NCBI GenBank assembly: GCA_032718475.1
Contig: JAUCBJ010007243.1
Coordinates: forward strand, 88,079-152,078
Direction of reading: 5' to 3'
DNA from: Nemertoderma westbladi
Taxonomy: Eukaryota > Animalia > Xenacoelomorpha
DNA length: 64,000 bases
The position numbers were made by a program, and so were the translations under genes. The notes under the pieces are model-generated. The model searched no databases. It was given only the letters and a program-made list of their open reading frames with translations, and was not told where the DNA came from. Positions 53,501 to 64,000 of the stretch are shown piece by piece; the first letter of the stretch is position 1, and every line of letters starts with the position of its first letter.

Positions 53501-56500
53501 GTTGTATTGTTCAGTCCAGGTATGTTCTATTGGACAGTCCAGGTAGGTTGTATTGTTCAGTCCAGGTATGTTGTATTGGACAATCCAGGTATGTTCTATT
53601 GGACAGTCCAGGTATGTTGTATTGGACAATCCAGGTATGTTGTATTGTTCAGTCCAGGTATGTTCTATTGGACAGTCCAGGTATGTTGTATTGGACAATC
53701 CAGGTATGTTCTATTGGACAGTCCAGGTATGTTTTATTGGACAGTCCAGGTATGTTGTATTGGACAGTCCAGGTATGTTTTATTTATTGGACAGTCCAGG
53801 TATGTTGTATTGTTCAGTCCAGGTATGTTGTATTGTTCAGTCCATGTATGTTGTATTGGACAATCCAGGTATGTTCTATTGGACAGTCCAGGTATGTTGT
53901 ATTGGACAATCCAGGTATGTTCTATTGGACAGTCCAGGTATGTTCTATTGGACAGTCCAGGTATGTTGTATTGGACAGTCCAGGTATGTTGTATTGGACA
54001 ATCCAGGTATGTTCTATTGGACAGTCCAGGTATCTTGTATTGGACAGTCCAGGTATGTTATATTGTTCAGTCCAGGTATGTTGTATTGGACAGTCCAGGT
54101 AGGTTGTATTGTTCAGTCCAGGTATGTTGTATTGGACAATCCGGGTATATTCTATTGGACAGTCCAGGTAGGTAGGTTGTATTGTTCAGTCCAGGTATGT
54201 TGTATTGGACAATCCAGGTAGGTTGTATTGGACAGTCCAGGTATGTTGTATTGGACAGTCCAGGTATGTTGTATTGTTCAGTCCATGTATGTTGTATTGG
54301 ACAGCCCAGGTATGTTGTATTGGACAGTCCAGGTAGGTTGTATTGTTCAGTCCAGGTATGTTGTATTTTTCAGTCCAGGTATGTTGTATTGGACATCCCA
54401 GGTATGTTATATTGTTCAGTCCATGTATGTTGTATTGGACAGTCCAGGTAGGTTGTATTGTTCAGTCCAGGTATGTTGTATTGTTCAGTCCAGGTATGTT
54501 GTATTGGACAGTCCAGGTATGTTGTATTGTTCAGTCCATGTATGTTGTATTGGACAGCCCAGGTATGTTGTATTGGACAGTCCAGGTAGGTTGTATTGTT
54601 CAGTCCAGGTATGTTGTATTGTTCAGTCCAGGTATGTTGTATTGTTCAGTCCAGGTATGTTGTATTGTTCAGTCCAGGTATGTTGTATTGGACAGTCCAG
54701 GTATGTTGTATTGTTCAGTCCATGTATGTTGTATTGGACAGCCCAGGTATGTTGTATTGGACAGTCCAGGTAGGTTGTATTGTTCAGTCCAGGTATGTTG
54801 TATTTTTCAGTCCAGGTATGTTGTATTGGACATCCCAGGTATGTTATATTGTTCAGTCCATGTATGTTGTATTGGACAGTCCAGGTATGTTGTATTGGAC
54901 AATCCAGGTATGTTCTATTGGACAGTCCAGGTAGGTTGTATTGTTCAGTCCAGGTATGTTGTATTGTTCAATCCAGGTATGTTCTATTGGACAGTCCAGG
55001 TAGGTTGTATTGTTCAGTCCAGGTATGTTGTATTGGACAATCCAGGTATGTTCTATTGGACAGTCCAGGTAGGTTGTATTGTTCAGTCCAGGTATGTTAT
55101 ATTGGACAGTCCAGGTAGGTTGTATTGTTCAGTCCAGGTATGTTATATTGGACAGTCCAGGTAGGTTGTATTGTTCAGTCCAGGTATGTTGTATTGGACA
55201 ATCCAGGTATGTTCTATTGGACAGTCCAGGTAGGTTGTATTGTTCAGTCCAGGTATGTTATATTGGACAGTCCAGGTATGTTGTATTGTTCAGTCCAGGT
55301 ATGTTGTATTGGACAATCCAGGTATGTTCTATTGGACAGTCCAGGTAGGTTGTATTGGACAATCCAGGTATGTTCTATTGGACAGTCCAGGTAGGTTGTA
55401 TTGTTCAGTCCAGGTATGTTGTATTGGACAATCCAGGTATGTTCTATTGGACAGTCCAGGTAGGTTGTATTGTTCAGTCCAGGTATGTTATATTGGACAG
55501 TCCAGGTAGGTTGTATTGTTCAGTCCAGGTATGTTGTATTGGACAATCCAGGTATGTTCTATTGGACAGTCCAGGTAGGTTGTATTGTTCAGTCCAGGTA
55601 TGTTATATTGGACAGTCCAGGTAGGTTGTATTGTTCAGTCCAGGTATGTTATATTGGACAGTCCAGGTAGGTTGTATTGTTCAGTCCAGGTATGTTGTAT
55701 TGGACAATCCAGGTATGTTCTATTGGACAGTCCAGGTATGTTGTATTGGACAATCCAGGTATGTTCTATTGGACAGTCCAGGTAGGTTGTATTGTTCAGT
55801 CCAGGTATGTTGTATTGGACAATCCAGGTATGTTCTATTGGACAGTCCAGGTAGGTTGTATTGTTCAGTCCAGGTATGTTATATTGGACAGTCCAGGTAG
55901 GTTGTATTGTTCAGTCCAGGTATGTTGTATTGGACAATCCAGGTATGTTCTATTGGACAGTCCAGGTAGGTTGTATTGTTCAGTCCAGGTATGTTATATT
56001 GGACAGTCCAGGTATGTTGTATTGTTCAGTCCAGGTATGTTGTATTGGACAATCCAGGTATGTTCTATTGGACAGTCCAGGTAGGTTGTATTGTTCAGTC
56101 CAGGTATGTTCTATTGGACAGTCCAGGTAGGTTGTATTGTTCAGTCCAGGTATGTTATATTGGACAGTCCAGGTATGTTGTATTGTTCAGTCCAGGTATG
56201 TTATATTGGACAGTCCAGGTATGTTGTATTGTTCAGTCCAGGTATGTTGTATTGGACAATCCAGGTATGTTCTATTGGACAGTCCAGGTAGGTTGTATTG
56301 TTCAGTCCAGGTATGTTGTATTGTTCAGTCCAGGTATGTTGTATTGTTCAATCCAGGTATGTTATATTGGACAGTCCAGGTATGTTGTATTGTTCAGTCC
56401 AGGTATGTTCTATTGGACAGTCCAGGTAGGTTGTATTGTTCAGTCCAGGTATGTTCTATTGGACAGTCCAGGTATGTTATATTGGACAATCCAGGTATGT

Positions 56501-59500
56501 TCTATTGGACAGTCCAGGTAGGTTGTATTGTTCAGTCCAGGTATGTTATATTGGACAGTCCAGGTATGTTGTATTGTTCAGTCCAGGTATGTTATATTGG
56601 ACAGTCCAGGTAGGTTGTATTGTTCAGTCCAGGTATGTTGTATTGGACAATCCAGGTATGTTCTATTGGACAGTCCAGGTAGGTTGTATTGTTCAGTCCA
56701 GGTATGTTATATTGGACAGTCCAGGTATGTTGTATTGTTCAGTCCAGGTATGTTGTATTGGACAATCCAGGTATGTTCTATTGGACAGTCCAGGTAGGTT
56801 GTATTGTTCAGTCCAGGTATGTTCTATTGGACAGTCCAGGTAGGTTGTATTGTTCAGTCCAGGTATGTTATATTGGACAGTCCAGGTATGTTGTATTGTT
56901 CAGTCCAGGTATGTTATATTGGACAGTCCAGGTATGTTGTATTGTTCAGTCCAGGTATGTTGTATTGGACAATCCAGGTATGTTCTATTGGACAGTCCAG
57001 GTAGGTTGTATTGTTCAGTCCAGGTATGTTGTATTGTTCAGTCCAGGTATGTTGTATTGTTCAATCCAGGTATGTTATATTGGACAGTCCAGGTATGTTG
57101 TATTGTTCAGTCCAGGTATGTTCTATTGGACAGTCCAGGTAGGTTGTATTGTTCAGTCCAGGTATGTTCTATTGGACAGTCCAGGTATGTTATATTGGAC
57201 AATCCAGGTATGTTCTATTGGACAGTCCAGGTAGGTTGTATTGTTCAGTCCAGGTATGTTATATTGGACAGTCCAGGTATGTTGTATTGTTCAGTCCAGG
57301 TATGTTATATTGGACAGTCCAGGTAGGTTGTATTGTTCAGTCCAGGTATGTTATATTGGACAGTCCAGGTATGTTGTATTGTTCAGTCCAGGTATGTTAT
57401 ATTGGACAGTCCAGGTATGTTGTATTGTTCAGTCCAGGTATGTTGTATTGGACAGTCCAGGTATGTTGTATTGGACAATCCAGGTATGTTCTATTGGACA
57501 GTCCAGGTAGGTTGTATTGTTCAGTCCAGGTATGTTATATTGGACAGTCCAGGTATGTTGTATTGTTCAGTCCAGGTATGTTATATTGGACAGTCCAGGT
57601 AGGTTGTATTGTTCAGTCCAGGTATGTTATATTGGACAGTCCAGGTATGTTGTATTGTTCAGTCCAGGTATGTTATATTGGACAGTCCAGGTATGTTGTA
57701 TTGTTCAGTCCAGGTATGTTGTATTGGACAGTCCAGGTATGTTGTATTGGACAATCCAGGTATGTTCTATTGGACAGTCCAGGTAGGTTGTATTGTTCAG
57801 TCCAGGTATGTTATATTGTTCAGTCCAGGTATGTTGTATTGGACAGTCCAGGTATGTTGTATTGGACAATCCAGGTATGTTCTATTGGACAGTCCAGGTA
57901 GGTTGTATTGTTCAGTCCAGGTATGTTATATTGTTCAGTCCAGGTATGTTGTATTGGACAATCCAGGTATGTTCTATTGGACAGTCCAGGTAGGTTGTAT
58001 TGTTCAGTCCAGGTATGTTATATTGGACAGTCCAGGTATGTTGTATTGTTCAGTCCAGGTATGTTATATTGGACAGTCCAGGTAGGTTGTATTGTTCAGT
58101 CCAGGTATGTTATATTGGACAGTCCAGGTATGTTGTATTGTTCAGTCCAGGTATGTTATATTGGACAGTCCAGGTAGGTTGTATTGTTCAGTCCAGGTAT
58201 GTTATATTGGACAGTCCAGGTATGTTGTATTGTTCAGTCCAGGTATGTTATATTGGACAGTCCAGGTATGTTGTATTGTTCAGTCCAGGTATGTTGTATT
58301 GGACAGTCCAGGTATGTTGTATTGGACAATCCAGGTATGTTCTATTGGACAGTCCAGGTAGGTTGTATTGTTCAGTCCAGGTATGTTATATTGTTCAGTC
58401 CAGGTATGTTGTATTGGACAGTCCAGGTATGTTGTATTGGACAATCCAGGTATGTTCTATTGGACAGTCCAGGTAGGTTGTATTGTTCAGTCCAGGTATG
58501 TTATATTGTTCAGTCCAGGTATGTTGTATTGGACAATCCAGGTATGTTCTATTGGACAGTCCAGGTAGGTTGTATTGTTCAGTCCAGGTATGTTATATTG
58601 GACAGTCCAGGTATGTTGTATTGTTCAGTCCAGGTATGTTATATTGGACAGTCCAGGTATGTTGTATTGTTCAATCCAGGTATGTTCTATTGGACAGTCC
58701 AGGTATGTTGTATTGGACAGTCCAGGTATGTTGTATTGTTCAGTCCAGGTATGTTGTATTGGACAGTCCAGGTATGTTGTATTGGACAGTCCAGGTATGT
58801 TGTATTGTTCAGTCCAGGTATGTTCTATTGGACAGTCCAGGTATGTTCTATTGGACAGTCCAGGTATGTTGTATTGTTCAGTCCAGGTATGTTGTATTGT
58901 TCAATCCAGGTAGGTTGTATTGTTCAGTCCAGGTATGTTGTATTGGACAGTCCAGGTATGTTGTATTGTTCAGTCCAGGTATGTTGTATTGTTCAGTCCA
59001 GGTATGTTCTATTGGACAGTCCAGGTATGTTCTATTGGACAGTCCAGGTATGTTGTATTGTTCAATCCAGGTAGGTTGTATTGTTCAGTCCAGGTATGTT
59101 GTATTGTTCAGTCCAGGTATGTTGTATTGGACAGTCCAGGTATGTTGTATTGTTCAGTCCAGGTATGTTGTATTGTTCAGTCCAGGTATGTTCTATTGGA
59201 CAGTCCAGGTATGTTCTATTGGACAGTCCAGGTATGTTGTATTGTTCAATCCAGGTAGGTTGTATTGTTCAGTCCAGGTATGTTGTATTGGACAGTCCAG
59301 GTATGTTGTATTGTTCAGTCCAGGTATGTTGTATTGTTCAGTCCAGGTATGTTCTATTGGACAGTCCAGGTATGTTCTATTGGACAGTCCAGGTATGTTG
59401 TATTGTTCAATCCAGGTAGGTTGTATTGTTCAGTCCAGGTATGTTGTATTGTTCAGTCCAGGTATGTTGTATTGGACAGTCCAGGTATGTTGTATTGTTC

Positions 59501-62500
59501 AGTCCAGGTATGTTGTATTGTTCAGTCCAGGTATGTTCTATTGGACAGTCCAGGTATGTTCTATTGGACAGTCCAGGTATGTTGTATTGGACAGTCCAGG
59601 TATGTTGTATTGTTCAATCCAGGTAGGTTGTATTGTTCAGTCCAGGTATGTTGTATTGTTCAGTCCAGGTATGTTCTATTGGACAGTCCAGGTATGTTCT
59701 ATTGGACAGTCCAGGTATGTTGTATTGGACAGTCCAGGTATGTTGTATTGTTCAATCCAGGTAGGTTGTATTGTTCAGTCCAGGTATGTTGTATTGGACA
59801 GTCCAGGTATGTTGTATTGTTCAGTCCAGGTATGTTGTATTGTTCAGTCCAGGTATGTTGTATTGTTCAGTCCAGGTATGTTGTATTGTTCAGTCCAGGT
59901 ATGTTGTATTGGACAGTCCAGGTATGTTGTATTGGACAGTCCAGGTATGTTCTATTGGACAGTCCAGGTATGTTCTATTGGACAGTCCAGGTATGTTCTA
60001 TTGGACAGTCCAGGTATGTTCTATTGGACAGTCCAGGTATGTTCTATTGTTCAGTCCAGGTATGTTGTATTGTTCAGTCCAGGTATGTTGTATTGTTCAG
60101 TCCAGGTATGTTGTATTGTTCAGTCCAGGTATGTTGTATTGGACAGTCCAGGTATGTTGTATTGGACAGTCCAGGTATGTTCTATTGGACAGTCCAGGTA
60201 TGTTCTATTGGACAGTCCAGGTATGTTCTATTGGACAGTCCAGGTATGTTCTATTGGACAGTCCAGGTATGTTCTATTGGACAGTCCAGGTATGTTGTAT
60301 TGTTCAGTCCAGGTAGGTTGTATTGTTCAGTCCAGGTATGTTCTATTGGACAGTCCAGGTAGGTTGTATTGTTCAGTCCAGGTATGTTATATTGGACAAT
60401 CCAGGTATGTTCTATTGGACAGTCCAGGTATGTTGTATTGTTCAGTCCAGGTATGTTGTATTGGACAATCCAGGTATGTTCTATTGGACAGTCCAGGTAG
60501 GTTGTATTGTTCAGTCCAGGTCTGTTCTATTGGACAGTCCAGGTATGTTCTATTGGACAGTCCAGGTCTGTTCTATTGGACAGTCCAGGTATGTTCTATT
60601 GGACAGTCCAGGTATGTTCTATTGGACAATCCAGGTATGTTCTATTGGACAGTCCAGGTATGTTGTATTGTTCAGTCCAGGTATGTTATATTGGACAGTC
60701 CAGGTATGTTGTATTGTTCAGTCCAGGTATGTTGTATTGTTCAGTCCAGGTATGTTGTATTGTTCAGTCCAGGTATGTTGTATTGGACAGTCCAGGTATG
60801 TTGTATTGTTCAGTCCAGGTATGTTGTATTGTTCAGTCCAGGTATGTTGTATTGTTCAGTCCAGGTATGTTGTATTGTTCAGTCCAGGTATGTTGTATTG
60901 GACAGTCCAGGTATGTTGTATTGGACAGTCCAGGTATGTTCTATTGGACAGTCCAGGTATGTTCTATTGGACAGTCCAGGTATGTTCTATTGGACAGTCC
61001 AGGTATGTTCTATTGGACAGTCCAGGTATGTTCTATTGGACAGTCCAGGTATGTTGTATTGGACAATCCAGGTATGTTCTATTGGACAGTCCAGGTATGT
61101 TCTATTGGACAGTCCAGGTATGTTGTATTGGACAGTCCAGGTATGTTGTATTGGACAGTCCAGGTATGTTGTATTGTTCAGTCCAGGTCTGTTCTATTGG
61201 ACAGTCCAGGTATGTTGTATTGTTCAGTCCAGGTATGTTGTATTGGACAATCCAGGTATGTTGTATTGTTCAGTCCAGGTATGTTGTATTGTTCAGTCCA
61301 GGTATGTTGTATTGTTCAGTCCAGGTATGTTGTATTGTTCAGTCCAGGTATGTTATATTGGACAGTCCAGGTATGTTGTATTGTTCAGTCCGGGTATGTT
61401 GTATTGTTCAGTCCAGGTATGTTGTATTGGACAATCCAGGTATGTTCTATTGGACAGTCCAGGTATGTTATATTGTTCAGTCCAGGTATGTTCTATTGGA
61501 CAGTCCAGGTATGTTGTATTGTTCAGTCCAGGTATGTTGTATTGTTCAGTCCAGGTATGTTGTATTGTTCAGTCCAGGTATGTTGTATTGGACAATCCAG
61601 GTATGTTCTATTGGACAGTCCAGGTATGTTATATTGTTCAGTCCAGGTATGTTCTATTGGACAGTCCAGGTATGTTCTATTAGACAGTCCAGGTATGTTC
61701 TATTGGACAATCCAAGTATGTTGTATTGTTCAGTCCAGGTATGTTGTATTGGACAGTCCAGGTAGGTTGTATTGGACAGTCCAGGTATGTTGTATTGTTC
61801 AGTCCAGGTATGTTGTATTGTTCAGTCCAGGTATGTTATATTGTTCAGTCCAGGTATGTTGTATTGGACAATCCAGGTATATTCTATTGTTCAGTCCAGG
61901 TATGTTGTATTGGACAGTCCAGGTATGTTGTATTGTTCAGTCCAGGTATGTTATATTGTTCAGTCCAGGTATGTTCTATTGGACAGTCCAGGTATGTTGT
62001 ATTGTTCAGTCCAGGTATGTTGTATTGGACAATCCAGGTATGTTCTATTGGACAGTCCAGGTATGTTATATTGTTCAGTCCAGGTATGTTCTATTGGACA
62101 GTCCAGGTATGTTCTATTAGACAGTCCAGGTATGTTCTATTGGACAATCCAAGTATGTTGTATTGTTCAGTCCAGGTATGTTGTATTGGACAGTCCAGGT
62201 AGGTTGTATTGGACAGTCCAGGTATGTTGTATTGTTCAGTCCAGGTATGTTGTATTGTTCAGTCCAGGTATGTTGTATTGGACAATCCAGGTATATTCTA
62301 TTGTTCAGTCCAGGTATGTTGTATTGGACAGTCCAGGTATGTTGTATTGTTCAGTCCAGGTATGTAGTATTGTTCAGTCCAGGTATGTTGTATTGTTCAG
62401 TCCAGGTATGTTGTATTGGACAATCCAGGTATGTTCTATTGGACAGTCCAGGTATGTTATATTAGACAGTCCAGGTATGTTCTATTGGACAGTCCAGGTA

Positions 62501-63387
62501 TGTTCTATTGTTCAGTCCAGGTATGTTCTATTGGACAATCCAAGTATGTTGTATTGTTCAGTCCAGGTATGTTGTATTGGACAGTCCAGGTAGGTTGTAT
62601 TGGACAGTCCAGGTATGTTGTATTGTTCAGTCCAGGTATGTTGTATTGTTCAGTCCAGGTATGTTGTATTGGACAATCCAGGTATGTTCTATTGGACAGT
62701 CCAGGTATGTTCTATTGGACAGTCCAGGTATGTTCTATTAGACAGTCCAGGTATGTTCTATTGGACAATCCAAGTATGTTGTATTGTTCAGTCCAGGTAT
62801 GTTGTATTGGACAGTCCAGGTAGGTTGTATTGGACAGTCCAGGTATGTTGTATTGTTCAGTCCAGGTATGTTGTATTGTTCAGTCCAGGTATGTTGTATT
62901 GGACAATCCAGGTATATTCTATTGTTCAGTCCAGGTATGTTGTATTGGACAGTCCAGGTATGTTGTATTGTTCAGTCCAGGTATGTAGTATTGTTCAGTC
63001 CATGTATGTTGTATTGGACAGCCCAGGTATGTTGTATTGGACAGTCCAGGTAGGTTGTATTGTTCAGTCCAGGTATGTTGTATTTTTCAGTCCAGGTATG
63101 TTGTATTGTTCAGTCCAGGTATGTTGTATTTTTCAGTCCAGGTATGTTGTATTGTTCAGTCCAGGTATGTTGTATTTTTCAGTCCAGGTATGTTGTATTG
63201 GACAGTCCAGGTATGTTGTATTGTTCAGTCCAGGTATGTTGTATTTTTCAGTCCAGGTAGGTTGTATTGTTCAGTCCAGGTATGTTGTATTTTTCAGTCC
63301 AGGTATGTTGTATTGTACATCCCAGGTATGTTGTATTGTTCAGTCCAGGTGTGTTGTTGTCTAGGACAGCCCCGGTATGTTAGTATT
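14546..63387 (+). repeat. ~48.8 kb intronic satellite, ~2,120 copies of a 23-bp unit TT(G/C)TATTG(TT/GA)CAGTCCAGGTATG derived from the exon 7/intron 7 junction
   Basis: Uninterrupted 23-nt periodicity with very few indels. The first unit (14546-14568) overlaps the last 18 coding nt and the first 5 intron nt. The array degenerates at 63300-63387. Confidence 0.98.
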
Positions 63388-64000
63388 AAGCATACAGTCA
63401 GTCTTTGGTACTATTTATTAAAACGTTTATAGTTTCGATTCGCACACAGTGCAGGATCCCTAGCTGCTATCGTAGCTGTTCTAGGCCATTTCAGTGTGCT
63501 AAAGCAATTATTATGGCTACTTATAGCTGAATTGATATTAAATAACAATATCAGCTATTTATGTACGCTAAGAACATTTAGGCATCGTTTAATGTTATAA
63601 ATTACTTATTTAACTTTGTAACATATATAATAACATAACACATATAACTTTGGTTGTTATGTGTCCCTTTTCTAATGATTCTCCCACAATTTCTATGATA
63701 GCAACACAACCTGATACATTATTTACACAGTTATAGTATAGGAAATGTACCCCGTTCATAAATAACGTCATGGAATTTCGGTCTTAATTTCCCTCAACAT
63801 TACGTCACAAAAATAATGAATTATATTTCATTATAATGTGACCTAATGTATACGGATACAACTGCAGAATAAACTAATATATCAATATATTATTACAATA
63901 TGAACTGAACATCAGTAAACAATTATAATTGATGATAATTTATTATTTTTAATATTTTTACGCAGTCTATTATTCGCAACAAATAATATTTTTTTTTTTT

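Noticed and set aside
14564-63350. Apparent invariance of the GT dinucleotide in all units as proof of selection for donor function
   Set aside because: About 10 of the 23 positions appear invariant by eye, so GT conservation is not distinctive without a formal count.
14546-63387. CRISPR array
   Set aside because: There are no unique spacers, the units are directly adjacent, the context is a eukaryotic intron, and no cas genes are present.
14546-63387. Telomeric or telomerase-made repeat (G/T-rich strand, 23-bp unit as in some yeasts)
   Set aside because: The array is interstitial with unique DNA on both sides, and the unit is fully explained by the exon junction sequence.
14546-63387. Autoregulatory array of nuclear-receptor response elements (TGTTCT, AGTCCA, GGACA half-site-like words)
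   Set aside because: NR2C (P-box EGCKG) binds AGGTCA direct repeats, and no AGGTCA or proper DR1 occurs in the unit. TGTTCT is a steroid-receptor half-site without a correctly spaced partner.
14486-63432. Giant ORFs (up to 4365 aa) of SPGMLYWTVQVCSIGQSRYVLLD repeats in all three + frames
   Set aside because: These are an artefact of a stop-free 23-nt unit. The same peptide appears in every frame, and stops arise only from sporadic variants. There is no evidence for an independent gene.
63388-64000. Search for the final LBD exon (expected DHP...RLPALR...ELFF)
   Set aside because: There is no matching frame or convincing acceptor. The region is AT-rich intron, so the gene is incomplete in this window rather than demonstrably truncated.

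Overview
This is AT-rich, intron-containing animal DNA, probably from an invertebrate. The + strand carries seven phase-compatible coding exons (2679-14563, about 500 codons) of an orphan nuclear receptor of the NR2C (TR2/TR4/Hr78) group. The last ligand-binding-domain exon(s) lie beyond the window. The 5' introns contain the usual mobile debris: RTE and CR1/L2-type LINE fragments, palindromic MITE/foldback elements, and Penelope-type minimal hammerhead ribozymes. The dominant feature is a ~48.8 kb array of ~2,120 copies of a 23-bp unit (TTGTATTGTTCAGTCCAG|GTATG) at 14546-63387. The unit is an exact copy of the gene's own exon 7/intron 7 junction: 18 nt of conserved coding sequence plus the 5' splice donor. 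The intron therefore consists of thousands of tandem, sense-oriented donor (AG|GT) sites. A second, smaller array (21-bp unit, 10551-10745) grew the same way from the exon 4 donor, which suggests a recurrent process that amplifies splice junctions. The giant ORFs in the ORF track are by-products of a stop-free 23-mer.
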